Shown piece after piece: positions 33,178-42,073 of a DNA stretch of 64,000 bases (its first letter is position 1; each line of letters starts with the position of its first letter). Below the pieces are notes generated by a model that saw only the letters and a program-made list of their open reading frames with translations, did not search any database and was not told the origin of the DNA. Position numbers and translations under genes: made by a program. This DNA comes from a virus, in IMG/VR virus record IMGVR_UViG_3300022602_000033; one strand, 5' to 3'.

Positions 33178-34275
33178 ATGCCAAACATTTATATCGTCGG
33201 AATAGAGCCGCTTGATACCCGATACACGAAACAGTGGTATCACCACATACCCAAGCTGCTGGATGCAGCCGGTGCTGACGTGGTAATCATCGAAGGGGAG
33301 GACGTTCCTGCCACGCCAACACCGGGTGCGTTCCTGGACTTTGGTGCAACCAACATCTTCAAGAGCAGCCAGCTGATGATCATAGCCCAGCTGTTCCGCG
33401 AAGACAAGATCCAAGATGGTGACAAATTCCTCTATACAGACGCGTGGAACCCCACGGTGATCCAGCTGCGCTACATGGCTGAATTGCTTGGCAAAAAGAT
33501 TGAAATACATGGTCTTTGGCACGCCGGCAGCTATGATCCGCAGGACTTCTTAGGGCGGCTAGTAGGCGATAAACCCTGGGTACGCAATGCTGAATGCAGC
33601 ATGTTCTACACCTATGACACCAACTGGTTTGCCACACGTTTCCACAGCAATCTGTTCCTGAGACAGCTGCTGGGTGTAGAGACACTGTTTGCCGAAGATG
33701 AGACCGAAGAGTTCATCGTGGGCTGCCCAGACTCTGAGATCAACAGGCTCAAGCTCACGGGTTGGCCCATGGAATATCTACCAGCAGTGTTAGAACCATA
33801 TCGATCGGTGCCCAAGCGTGACAAGATCATATTCCCGCATCGTCTGGCACCAGAGAAGCAGCTGGAGATATTCAAGGACTTGGCTGAAGCCATGCCAGAG
33901 TATGAATGGTTTGTGGCACAGGAACAAAAGCTCAGCAAAGATGAATATCACCATCACTTGGCAGAGAGCAAGATCGCGTTCAGCGCCAACCTACAGGAAA
34001 CACTGGGCATCAGCATGTACGAAGCAGCACTGGTTGGAACCTATCCCATGGTTCCAGGCAGGCTCAGCTACACCGAGATGTGGAGCGAATGCTATCCCAG
34101 CGAGTGGACCAAGAACTGGGACAGCTATCTGGCCAACAAGGACAAACTGATCACTCACATACGCTACCTCATGAACCGCAACAGTCTAGCCAGCCATGCA
34201 ACCGCAGAAGCTGTGCAGGTTGGTGCCAAGTTCTTCACAGCAACTCCATTGATCCAAGAGCTGGTTCGTGCTTGA
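33178..34275 (+). CDS. GT-B fold (GT4-like) glycosyltransferase
   Basis: FPHRLAPEKQ and the E-X7-E motif ETLGISMYE. Start moved to ATG 33178. Confidence 0.8.
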   Translation: MPNIYIVGIEPLDTRYTKQWYHHIPKLLDAAGADVVIIEGEDVPATPTPGAFLDFGATNIFKSSQLMIIAQLFREDKIQDGDKFLYTDAWNPTVIQLRYMAELLGKKIEIHGLWHAGSYDPQDFLGRLVGDKPWVRNAECSMFYTYDTNWFATRFHSNLFLRQLLGVETLFAEDETEEFIVGCPDSEINRLKLTGWPMEYLPAVLEPYRSVPKRDKIIFPHRLAPEKQLEIFKDLAEAMPEYEWFVAQEQKLSKDEYHHHLAESKIAFSANLQETLGISMYEAALVGTYPMVPGRLSYTEMWSECYPSEWTKNWDSYLANKDKLITHIRYLMNRNSLASHATAEAVQVGAKFFTATPLIQELVRA

Positions 34276-34300
34276 CAAGATCACCGCCATAGGCCATACT
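34272..34300 (+). promoter_or_regulatory. sigma70-type promoter for the DpdA-like gene
   Basis: TTGACA-N17-CATACT; the -35 box overlaps the upstream TGA and the ATG is 5 nt downstream. Confidence 0.5.
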
Positions 34301-34305
34301 GATAC

Positions 34306-35964
34306 ATGAACAAAGATTTCCAGAGATTCAGTTTCAATACTGACCACCTTGCCTTCAATGACAAGTGCAGGAACATGGCCGCCACGCAGAGCGATTATGC
34401 CCTGTTCCTTCCCAGCATCAGCATGATTTACGCCAAGATCGTCAGCATGGTGCAGTACAACATGCGAGACACGATGCCCGAGGGCCTGCCACAGGGACTC
34501 AAGGATCTCAACTTCCTTGATCCGGCCAACAGCTTGTTCTACTATCCAGTGAGCCTCTACTCCGCCGGGCATGCCATACTGGATCCACAGGAAAGCTGGG
34601 TACAGGAAAGCATGGTACAACAGCGCGATCGTGCCAACACCATATTGTTGGGCGACAGCGGCGGCTTCCAAGCTGCCACAGGCGTGCTCAAGTATCCATG
34701 GCATGCCAAGCCCAAGCAGACACCAGAAGAACATCAGCACGACAAGGATGATGTGCGCATGAAGCTGCTGCGTTGGCTGGAAGCCACGGCAGATTACAGC
34801 ATGGTCTTGGATTGGCCTACCTATGCCCTGGTCAAGTATGGCTTGGATCCTGTCACAGGAGCCAGCTTACATCCAAGTCTCAAGAGTTTCAACGATTGCT
34901 TGACTGGTAGCTTGGAGAATCACCGCTTCTTCATCAAGAATCGCAAGGAAGGTGCTACAAAGTTCCTCAACGTGTTACAGGGACGCAACATGGAAGAAGG
35001 CGATGTTTGGTGGGAACACACCAAGGACCTGCCATTTGAGAGCTGGGCGTTCTCCAACGTTCAGGCTTCAAACTTCACCATCAACCTGCGTCGACTGATC
35101 ATCATGCGCGATGAGAACTATCTCGCAGGTCGCGAATGGCTGCACTATCTGGGCAATGGCAAGATCAAGGCTGGATGTGCGCTCACATCTCTGCAGCGTG
35201 CGCTGCGCAAGCATGTGGATCCTCAGTTGACCATCAGCTTCGACGCAGCCAGCCCATTCGTGATGACTGCCAAGGGGCAAGGTTATTACGGGCACGAGTT
35301 AAGCGCCAACAATGTTGGATTCAAGGGTGGGCCTATACCAGACCGTAAGGAGCTCAAGAACGATCCGCAGCTGCTCAACGATTGGTTGGCTGCGAACTTG
35401 CCCAAGAAGACGATACCAGTGCGCAGCAGGATTGGCGACCAGGTATCAGTTGGAGACATCTGCATCAGAGGGTATGATGATCTCGAGAGCAAGAAGGTAG
35501 CATTCACCAAGAACGAGATTGACAGCGGATACTGGGCTTCAACTCCAGAAGGCAAGGCCAATGATCCGTTCAAGTGGACCAAAGCCTACAAGGAATACAT
35601 CATACACAGCCACGAGAACGGCGGTGTGTTTGATCTAGGTATCAACCAATTCGCAGATGCTCACAGCAAGTACCAAGAGAAGTGGCCCAGCAGCCTAGAC
35701 GGATTCAGTTACCTGTTGATGATGAATCACAACACAGAATTGCATATCAATGCCATACAAGCAGCTAACAGGGCACAGGATCTTCCAACAAGCGAAGCCA
35801 AAGAATATCTCACACCTGATCTGTTAGAGTTCAAGGATCTAGTAGAAGACATATTCACCAGCGAGCGCCCCATGGATCTGATCAACAAGCATGAGAAGAT
35901 GCTGCAGAGCATCACGGGCATGGATGCAGACAATTCAGTTTCAATGTTAGTAGAGGACATGTGA
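34306..35964 (+). CDS. dpdA: TGT-family base-exchange enzyme, probably a DNA 7-deazaguanine transglycosylase (DpdA-like)
   Basis: TGT motifs in order: GDSGGFQ, MVLD, VLQG, HYLG, SFDAASP (catalytic Asp) and HN; clustered with folE, queD and queE. Confidence 0.75.
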   Translation: MNKDFQRFSFNTDHLAFNDKCRNMAATQSDYALFLPSISMIYAKIVSMVQYNMRDTMPEGLPQGLKDLNFLDPANSLFYYPVSLYSAGHAILDPQESWVQESMVQQRDRANTILLGDSGGFQAATGVLKYPWHAKPKQTPEEHQHDKDDVRMKLLRWLEATADYSMVLDWPTYALVKYGLDPVTGASLHPSLKSFNDCLTGSLENHRFFIKNRKEGATKFLNVLQGRNMEEGDVWWEHTKDLPFESWAFSNVQASNFTINLRRLIIMRDENYLAGREWLHYLGNGKIKAGCALTSLQRALRKHVDPQLTISFDAASPFVMTAKGQGYYGHELSANNVGFKGGPIPDRKELKNDPQLLNDWLAANLPKKTIPVRSRIGDQVSVGDICIRGYDDLESKKVAFTKNEIDSGYWASTPEGKANDPFKWTKAYKEYIIHSHENGGVFDLGINQFADAHSKYQEKWPSSLDGFSYLLMMNHNTELHINAIQAANRAQDLPTSEAKEYLTPDLLEFKDLVEDIFTSERPMDLINKHEKMLQSITGMDADNSVSMLVEDM

Positions 35965-36488
35965 TGCAAAGAGATTATGCAGATGGCGTGAAGACAGACG
36001 TGATCTTCTTCACAGGTTATGAAGTAGAACACACACCGCAGCGAGGGGCTCATACCTTGTTCGTGGTAGGTCGCCAGGATGTGGACGACATTGATCAGAT
36101 GGCACAGCTCAAGGTGTGCAAGCACATCTATCTGGGTGCCAACCAGAGCTTCAAAGTCAACGGCTACGAGGACTTCCATACCTGGAAGCTCTGGGACGAT
36201 CTCTGTGTGGCACTGCTGGACAGAGGTTACTGGGTCACTCTGGACTTTGATCTAGAGCATTGGCTGGGTGTGGCCGAGATGAGTGCTATTAGCCACAATC
36301 AGTTCATTCCGCAGATTTCTGTGAAGATACCTTACGCTGCGCTGGGCAACTACAACACCTGCGTGAAGATTGATGATGTGGGATTCAAGGCCAGCAATCC
36401 AGGTGTGTGGGTGCACAGCCTACATGATCTCATGGATCGCAAGGTGTTCACGCCCTGGGCTGCCTATAGCAAGGACGAACAAGCATGA
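35961..36488 (+). CDS. Hypothetical protein coupled to the DpdA-like gene
   Basis: 175 aa, GTGA overlap; EVEHTP, HIYLGAN and KIDD..F..SNPGVW motifs. Confidence 0.7.
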   Translation: MMQRDYADGVKTDVIFFTGYEVEHTPQRGAHTLFVVGRQDVDDIDQMAQLKVCKHIYLGANQSFKVNGYEDFHTWKLWDDLCVALLDRGYWVTLDFDLEHWLGVAEMSAISHNQFIPQISVKIPYAALGNYNTCVKIDDVGFKASNPGVWVHSLHDLMDRKVFTPWAAYSKDEQA

Positions 36489-37081
36489 ATGACGCACAAC
36501 GACTGGAAGCAATGGACAGCTACTTTGGCCGTTATCGCAAACTGACGTCTAGGTTAAAGGAAAATGAACAGGAAAACGACATAGCTCGCAAAGCCTATGA
36601 TCAGCGCCGCACGGAACTGCAGGAAGAACGCCATCGCATCTCACGCGACCTAGCCAACATGAGGCAGGTCATCACCAAGATGATAGACGATGGCATTGAT
36701 CCTGTGATGGCTGGTCTGATCATGAACGAAGAGGATGCTACGACCAGCACCATATGGCAACAGCGTGACGAGGACGGCTTTGGCATGACCATGAACACTG
36801 ATGACATCATGAAACGCATGGGCAAGATCTCAGCCTTGACCACAGCTGACATCAGCACTCTGAGCATGGGTCAGCTGAGCTGGCCAGGAGCCACAGGTGC
36901 AACTGGTGCCATAGGAGCACAGGGATCGATCAGCATGGGCCCCAATGGCGGCTATCAGCAAGGATACGGAGCGATTCCGCCTATATCTAACCATCCAGGA
37001 GTCACGGCAGACATGCGTGGATTTGTGGATGGCCATGGCGACTATCATGAATATGCATGGACAGGCACAGCAGAGCTGTAG
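36485..37081 (+). CDS. Hypothetical coiled-coil protein
   Basis: 198 aa, ATGA overlap. Confidence 0.6.
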   Translation: MNDAQRLEAMDSYFGRYRKLTSRLKENEQENDIARKAYDQRRTELQEERHRISRDLANMRQVITKMIDDGIDPVMAGLIMNEEDATTSTIWQQRDEDGFGMTMNTDDIMKRMGKISALTTADISTLSMGQLSWPGATGATGAIGAQGSISMGPNGGYQQGYGAIPPISNHPGVTADMRGFVDGHGDYHEYAWTGTAEL

Positions 37082-37110
37082 TTGCGCATACCGCCTAAAT
37101 AGAGTACAAT
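37082..37110 (+). promoter_or_regulatory. Nested sigma70-type and late-type promoters before folE
   Basis: TTGCGC-N17-TACAAT with TAAATA (37096-37101) inside the spacer. Confidence 0.45.
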
Positions 37111-37151
37111 AACACACGCAACCCCACTGCGACAACATCGGGAGACAATCA

Positions 37152-37838
37152 GTGACAGTTAGTGATACGATAAGACAGCGCATCAGAGCAGCAGGTGCCA
37201 GCTTCAACGCCAATGACAACATCAGCGCCTACATAGAACCAGGTGAGACTGATCAGCTCATAGAAGAGCTCAACGCACGCTTTGATGCCGTGTTGGACAG
37301 CTTGATCATCGATCGTGAGAACGACCCTAACAGTCATGACACAGGCAGGCGCTTGGCCAAGATGTATGTGCGAGAGCTGATGAGCGGGCGTTACACAGCA
37401 CCGCCCAAGGCCACAAGCTTCCCCAATGACAGCAACGAACGCTATGAAGGCATGTTGGTTGTGCGCAGCGAGCTCAAGAGCGTGTGCAGCCATCATCATC
37501 AACCAGTCACAGGCGTGGCCTACATTGGCATCATCGCAGCACAGAAGCTGATCGGTCTCAGCAAGTACAGCAGGATAGCACAGTGGTGTGCACGTCGCGG
37601 TACGCTGCAGGAAGAGCTGTGCAACGACATTGCCAAGGAGATCATGCGGGCCACTGACTCAGAGAACGTGGGAGTGTACATCCAAGCTTCCCATGGATGC
37701 TGCGAAAATCGGGGCCTAATGGCACATTCTAGTTTGACACAGACCACTGTGCTGCGCGGTGCGTTCTTTACAGATCAGAGCACCAAGAAAGAATTCTTTG
37801 ACAACATCAAGCTGCAACAGGAATTCGCACCAAGATAA
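37152..37838 (+). CDS. folE: GTP cyclohydrolase I
   Basis: SVCSHHH, IGLSKYSR, LQEEL and HGCCENRG motifs. Confidence 0.95.
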   Translation: MTVSDTIRQRIRAAGASFNANDNISAYIEPGETDQLIEELNARFDAVLDSLIIDRENDPNSHDTGRRLAKMYVRELMSGRYTAPPKATSFPNDSNERYEGMLVVRSELKSVCSHHHQPVTGVAYIGIIAAQKLIGLSKYSRIAQWCARRGTLQEELCNDIAKEIMRATDSENVGVYIQASHGCCENRGLMAHSSLTQTTVLRGAFFTDQSTKKEFFDNIKLQQEFAPR

Positions 37839-37846
37839 GTATGACA

Positions 37847-37911
37847 AGCGGCGCTTTGGGCTTCACTCCCGCTATAGAAATTCTGCAGCCTATGGTATAA
37901 CAACATAGGAG
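37847..37911 (+). promoter_or_regulatory. Candidate structured 5' leader (H-type pseudoknot plus SD-sequestering hairpin) upstream of queD
   Basis: P1 AGCGG(37847-51)/CCGCT(37869-73); loop GGCT(37859-62) complementary to AGCC(37887-90); CCTATG(37889-94)/CATAGG(37904-09) covers the AGGAG SD. Confidence 0.4.
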
Positions 37912-37918
37912 CGCGACC

Positions 37919-38368
37919 ATGGCAAAACATTATTCAACCAAGCATTACGGACACAACATTGGCCTCAGCGCAGTGTTCAGACAACCCAACGCAGACCACA
38001 GTCACTGTCACCTGTTGCATGGTTACAGTCTGGCATTCACATTTACATTTGGATGTGAAACACTGGACAATAAAAATTGGGTGGTGGATTTTGGCGGTCT
38101 CAAACCACTCAAAGCTTGGCTTGAGGATCACTTTGATCACAAGCTGGCATTAGACAAGGCTGACCCGTATTTGGCCAAGTTCCAGGAACTGGAACAACTT
38201 AATCTGGTTGAAATACGCATATTTGACGGTGTGGGCGCAGAGAAGTTTGCAGAACATGCCTTCAATTTTGCTGATCAATTAATTCGAGAAAAGACCAACA
38301 ACCGTTGCTATTGTGTAAATGTGACATGCGCAGAACATGGAGCAAATTCAGCAACCTATGAAGGATGA
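37919..38368 (+). CDS. queD: 6-carboxy-5,6,7,8-tetrahydropterin synthase
   Basis: HCHLLHGYS, VVDFGGLK, FDH and AEKFAE motifs. Confidence 0.9.
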   Translation: MAKHYSTKHYGHNIGLSAVFRQPNADHSHCHLLHGYSLAFTFTFGCETLDNKNWVVDFGGLKPLKAWLEDHFDHKLALDKADPYLAKFQELEQLNLVEIRIFDGVGAEKFAEHAFNFADQLIREKTNNRCYCVNVTCAEHGANSATYEG

Positions 38369-38396
38369 TCACTGGACAGCGAATGGAGAAAAGTAT

Positions 38397-38690
38397 ATGA
38401 AATGGTTTGACAAGTGGTTTCAACGGCAAGCCAAGAAAGCCTGGGACAATTACGACGACAATCCAAGGCCGGTAACAGTGGGTAAGCCAGGGAGAATTAG
38501 TCAAGAATTGGACAGCCGCGGTGCTGCTACCATACGCATACATGCTGCCCATGGTGGCAAGGTCATAGAGATCAGCAACTGGGATGAGCGCAAAGGCGAG
38601 CATGATCGCGATCTCTACATCGTGCGCGATGATGCTGAGCTTGGTCCAGAACTGACCAGCATCATCATGCAGCATAGCCTGAGGTACTGA
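38397..38690 (+). CDS. Hypothetical protein (start could be 38358)
   Basis: ORF with a GGAG SD. Confidence 0.6.
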   Translation: MKWFDKWFQRQAKKAWDNYDDNPRPVTVGKPGRISQELDSRGAATIRIHAAHGGKVIEISNWDERKGEHDRDLYIVRDDAELGPELTSIIMQHSLRY

Positions 38691-39208
38691 TGGCAACCAC
38701 AGTCACACTGCCCACAGCTGCGGTCACCAATGGTGGATTTGGCATTGGTACCTACACTGGGACTGGCACAATACACACCATCTCACATGGTGGCACAGGC
38801 TACGTTAACAACACTGCCATCACTCTCACAGGTGGCGGTGGAGGCGGTGGTACCTATCTCACCACCAACACCACAGGCGGCACCAGCTGGCAACAGCAGG
38901 GGCGCGAGGTCATGCGCATCAGTGCCGACGGTGATATCTTCCAAGGTGGCAGCACCAATGCTGATGATGGACTGTTCGCAAGATTAGAACGCTTGGAACG
39001 GCTCATGGGCATCATGCACCGCGATCGCAACTTGGAACATGATTACGAACCCATGCGCCAGCTGGGTGATGCCTATGATGATGCTGTGGATGCTGCCATA
39101 CAGACCATCATGGATGTCACGCTGCACAAGCTGCGGCACATGGAAGCCGAATACGACAGCATGCGAGAACAAGCCAAGGTATGGCGAGCGCTGAGCAAGG
39201 ACGACTGA
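38690..39208 (+). CDS. Hypothetical protein with a Gly/Thr-rich N-terminus
   Basis: 172 aa, TGATG-coupled. Confidence 0.6.
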   Translation: MATTVTLPTAAVTNGGFGIGTYTGTGTIHTISHGGTGYVNNTAITLTGGGGGGGTYLTTNTTGGTSWQQQGREVMRISADGDIFQGGSTNADDGLFARLERLERLMGIMHRDRNLEHDYEPMRQLGDAYDDAVDAAIQTIMDVTLHKLRHMEAEYDSMREQAKVWRALSKDD

Positions 39209-39438
39209 TGAAACCCAAGAGTGCCAATGGTGTTACCGGATGCCTGCTACCCATAGGTGAAGTCTGGGTGTTCAGAGTATACGATGATGAGGGCTCGTAC
39301 ACAGACTATGACATCTTCCACAGCGATCTCTCTGTGACCATCACAGATGAGGATGCATACTTTTATGAACGTAGAAGCGGTGAACCATACTTGGATCATT
39401 CGCCAGCTACACTAGGCAAGGAAACCAACGATGACTGA
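39208..39438 (+). CDS. Small hypothetical protein
   Basis: TGATG-coupled; FRVY...DYDIxHxDL. Confidence 0.6.
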   Translation: MKPKSANGVTGCLLPIGEVWVFRVYDDEGSYTDYDIFHSDLSVTITDEDAYFYERRSGEPYLDHSPATLGKETNDD

Positions 39439-39625
39439 TACCAAACGCACCATGATAGTTGATGTCCAAGAGGACGAGAACGGTGAGCTGTTCCTGCAGT
39501 TCCCAGATGATCTCATGGCTCAGCTAGGTTGGAAAGAAGGCGATACCGTCAACTGGGATATTGATGAGAACACAGGCCATATCACAGTACGCAGGGTTGA
39601 ATCAGATGGTCCAGTTGGTCCCTGA
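39431..39625 (+). CDS. AbrB/MazE/SpoVT-like small DNA-binding protein
   Basis: LxFPxDLMxxLGWKEGDxV swapped-hairpin signature. Confidence 0.7.
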   Translation: MTDTKRTMIVDVQEDENGELFLQFPDDLMAQLGWKEGDTVNWDIDENTGHITVRRVESDGPVGP

Positions 39626-39843
39626 TGCCCTTGATCTACGAAAGCCCAGATAAAGGTGTCACAGTATATGGCCGAGAGCTGGGACACATGGATCGCCATC
39701 TGGTCAAAGGCGATCCCACAGATCCCTATGAACATATCTATCTGTGGCACGACATAGTGCACGCAGCCAAGGACAATCCAGCCTTGCGCGAAGTGCTGGA
39801 TCAAGCTATAATGATCTATAAGCTGAGCAAGGAGCAACCATGA
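39625..39843 (+). CDS. Small hypothetical protein
   Basis: IYESPDKGxTVYxR N-terminus; coupled ORF. Confidence 0.6.
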   Translation: MPLIYESPDKGVTVYGRELGHMDRHLVKGDPTDPYEHIYLWHDIVHAAKDNPALREVLDQAIMIYKLSKEQP

Positions 39844-40751
39844 GCACTGCCAAGAAGTACCGTTACAGCGAGATATTCGGTGGTAACGACGGTCCAACTC
39901 CCACCATACAGGGCGAAGGTTGCTATGGCGGACATCCCACTGTGTGGATACGTTTTTGGGGCTGCAATCTAGTGTGCGGAGGCTTTGGTCAAGTTAATCC
40001 TCGCGATCCCAGCACATATCAGTTGGATTATCTGGACTATGATCCCATCGCAGCAAACATCCAATCCATGGACCAGTTACCCGTGTGGAAGACAGGCTGC
40101 GACAGCAGCTACAGCTGGAGCACCAAGTATGGTCATCTAGCACACCAGAGCACTGCTGAAGAGATCTGCGCAGACTTCCGCAGCAGGCTACAGGGTGGTA
40201 GCTTCACACATCCTCGCAGCGGACAGGATGTGCATCTGGCATTCACCGGCGGAGAGCCCATGATGAGCCAGACTGGTATCGTGGACATCATGCACACGCT
40301 GCGTGCACAGAATGACAGCCCAAAGCACATCACCATAGAAACCAACGGCACACAAGCAGTGCGCAAGAACTTTGATGAGTTCTTTACCAATCAGGGCATG
40401 TACAACGGCGAACTGTTCTGGAGCGTGAGCCCCAAGCTGGGCACGTCAGGCGAAAACTGGGACGATGCGATCAAACCAGCAATCGTGCGAGACTATAGGT
40501 TGATCAGCAACGTGGGACAGCTGAAGTTCGTGCTGGATCGCAATCCCTTGACCTGGGACGAGCTGGAGCGAGCGGTTGATGCTTTCCGTGCTGTGGACGT
40601 GAACTGGCCAGTGTGGATCATGCCAGTGGGCGCTACCAGAGAAGAACAAGAAGACGTGCAGATGTGGGTCACAGAAGAAGCGCTCAAGCGCGGTTACAAC
40701 GTGGCAGCTCGCATACACTGCTGGATCTTCAGCAACGTGATAGGACGATGA
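39840..40751 (+). CDS. queE: 7-carboxy-7-deazaguanine synthase (radical SAM)
   Basis: EIF...IQGEG, RFWGCNLVC...GCDS (long insertion before the third Cys), FTGGEP, IETNG and VSPK motifs. Confidence 0.9.
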   Translation: MSTAKKYRYSEIFGGNDGPTPTIQGEGCYGGHPTVWIRFWGCNLVCGGFGQVNPRDPSTYQLDYLDYDPIAANIQSMDQLPVWKTGCDSSYSWSTKYGHLAHQSTAEEICADFRSRLQGGSFTHPRSGQDVHLAFTGGEPMMSQTGIVDIMHTLRAQNDSPKHITIETNGTQAVRKNFDEFFTNQGMYNGELFWSVSPKLGTSGENWDDAIKPAIVRDYRLISNVGQLKFVLDRNPLTWDELERAVDAFRAVDVNWPVWIMPVGATREEQEDVQMWVTEEALKRGYNVAARIHCWIFSNVIGR

Positions 40752-40752
40752 C

Positions 40753-41346
40753 ATGAACAAGATACCGTTTTCATGGTTACCCGCCAGCTGGGGACTCAAA
40801 GGCAAGAGCAGAGAACTGGCTGAAGCAGAATACTACCTCACAGGCTATGATCTGGACATTGCCAAGGCACGCATCGAGCATGGGCTCGAAAGCCCAGCAT
40901 TCACCAAGCGTGTGCTGGACATCACCCTGGCATATGGGAAAATCAGTGCCTATGATCACGACATGAGATTGGCAGAGATAGACCACACCGATGAAGTCGC
41001 GCTAGCATTGGCCAAGCTGGATGCGGATCTCAAGCACAACAAGATCAGTGCCCAGGAACACGAGCGCAAGACCGCAGATATCAAGAACGAACCCTACATG
41101 GCCATGCCCAAGATCAGCTGGGATCCGGTTGATCCCAGCAAGACATTCTTTGAGCTAGACTACAATGATGCATTCGTGCAATCACTGAGGGCCAACAGCT
41201 ATCAGGGCACAGACGAGGACGTGATCAATCGTTGGCTCAACGATGTGTGCAACAGCATATTGTCAGAGATGGCACCAACTGATCCAGAATTCGTCAGCAA
41301 TGTTCGACGAATTAGGCGCGACGACGGCAAGACAGAACACAGTTAA
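40753..41346 (+). CDS. Phage hypothetical protein
   Basis: 197 aa; FFELDYNxxF...W motif. Confidence 0.65.
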   Translation: MNKIPFSWLPASWGLKGKSRELAEAEYYLTGYDLDIAKARIEHGLESPAFTKRVLDITLAYGKISAYDHDMRLAEIDHTDEVALALAKLDADLKHNKISAQEHERKTADIKNEPYMAMPKISWDPVDPSKTFFELDYNDAFVQSLRANSYQGTDEDVINRWLNDVCNSILSEMAPTDPEFVSNVRRIRRDDGKTEHS

Positions 41347-41361
41347 CACCATAAATATGCT

Positions 41362-41943
41362 GTGAACCAGACACTTACCACACTGTTTGACAGCCCAGAA
41401 TGGCCCTTGATTTATAGGCAACAGGCCAGCAGAGGCATGCTTGACGAGCTCAAAAGCCTGCCTCATCCAGCTATCGGCATAGAGATAGGTGTGGGACTAG
41501 GCATGAACAGCTGGTACATGCTCACCGAATGCCAGAACATAGCCAGACTCACGGGTGTGGACCACTATGCTCCCTATCACGACTGGGATAAACCAGTCAC
41601 ACGTCCAGAAGCAGAAGCCAATTATGCTATATTGCAGGCCAACATGCCTCTGATGGGAGACAGATTCCATTTCATCAGAGAAGACAGCCAGAAGGCTGCA
41701 GCGCTTTTAGAAGACGAAGCCTATGATTTCGTGTTCATAGACGGCGGGCACAGCATGAAACAGGTGCTGGCAGATCTGGACAGCTGGGTTCCAAAAGTTC
41801 GAGCAGGTGGGTTGGTTGCTGGGCACGATGCCAATCTGTTCTCAGTGAATTTTGCCGTGACCAGCTGGGCCAAGGCCAACGGTATCCCTGCCAAATCTGT
41901 GCGCATGGTTGCCAACGACGGTTGGTACTGGCGCAAATCTTAA
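41362..41943 (+). CDS. Class I SAM-dependent methyltransferase (Methyltransf_24-like)
   Basis: IEIGVGLG, DFVFIDGGH and GGLVAGHD motifs. Confidence 0.85.
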   Translation: MNQTLTTLFDSPEWPLIYRQQASRGMLDELKSLPHPAIGIEIGVGLGMNSWYMLTECQNIARLTGVDHYAPYHDWDKPVTRPEAEANYAILQANMPLMGDRFHFIREDSQKAAALLEDEAYDFVFIDGGHSMKQVLADLDSWVPKVRAGGLVAGHDANLFSVNFAVTSWAKANGIPAKSVRMVANDGWYWRKS

Positions 41944-42073
41944 CAGATCTAATATACGCATTCATATCCGGGAAAAGGTTGGCAGTTAGGAAGAATCAAA
42001 AAGCAGGTTGATGGATCTATTGACATGTAGTAATATACTAATGTTATAAATTACATCACGAAGGTAAAATGCG

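Noticed and set aside
34306-35964. Canonical tRNA-guanine transglycosylase (tgt) for queuosine
   Set aside because: Much longer and more divergent, no CxCxxC zinc site, and no queA/queF nearby. The phage context favours a DNA-acting DpdA type, though this is not proven.
39431-39843. MazEF-type toxin-antitoxin pair
   Set aside because: The gene after the AbrB-like ORF has no recognisable PemK, PIN or other toxin motif.
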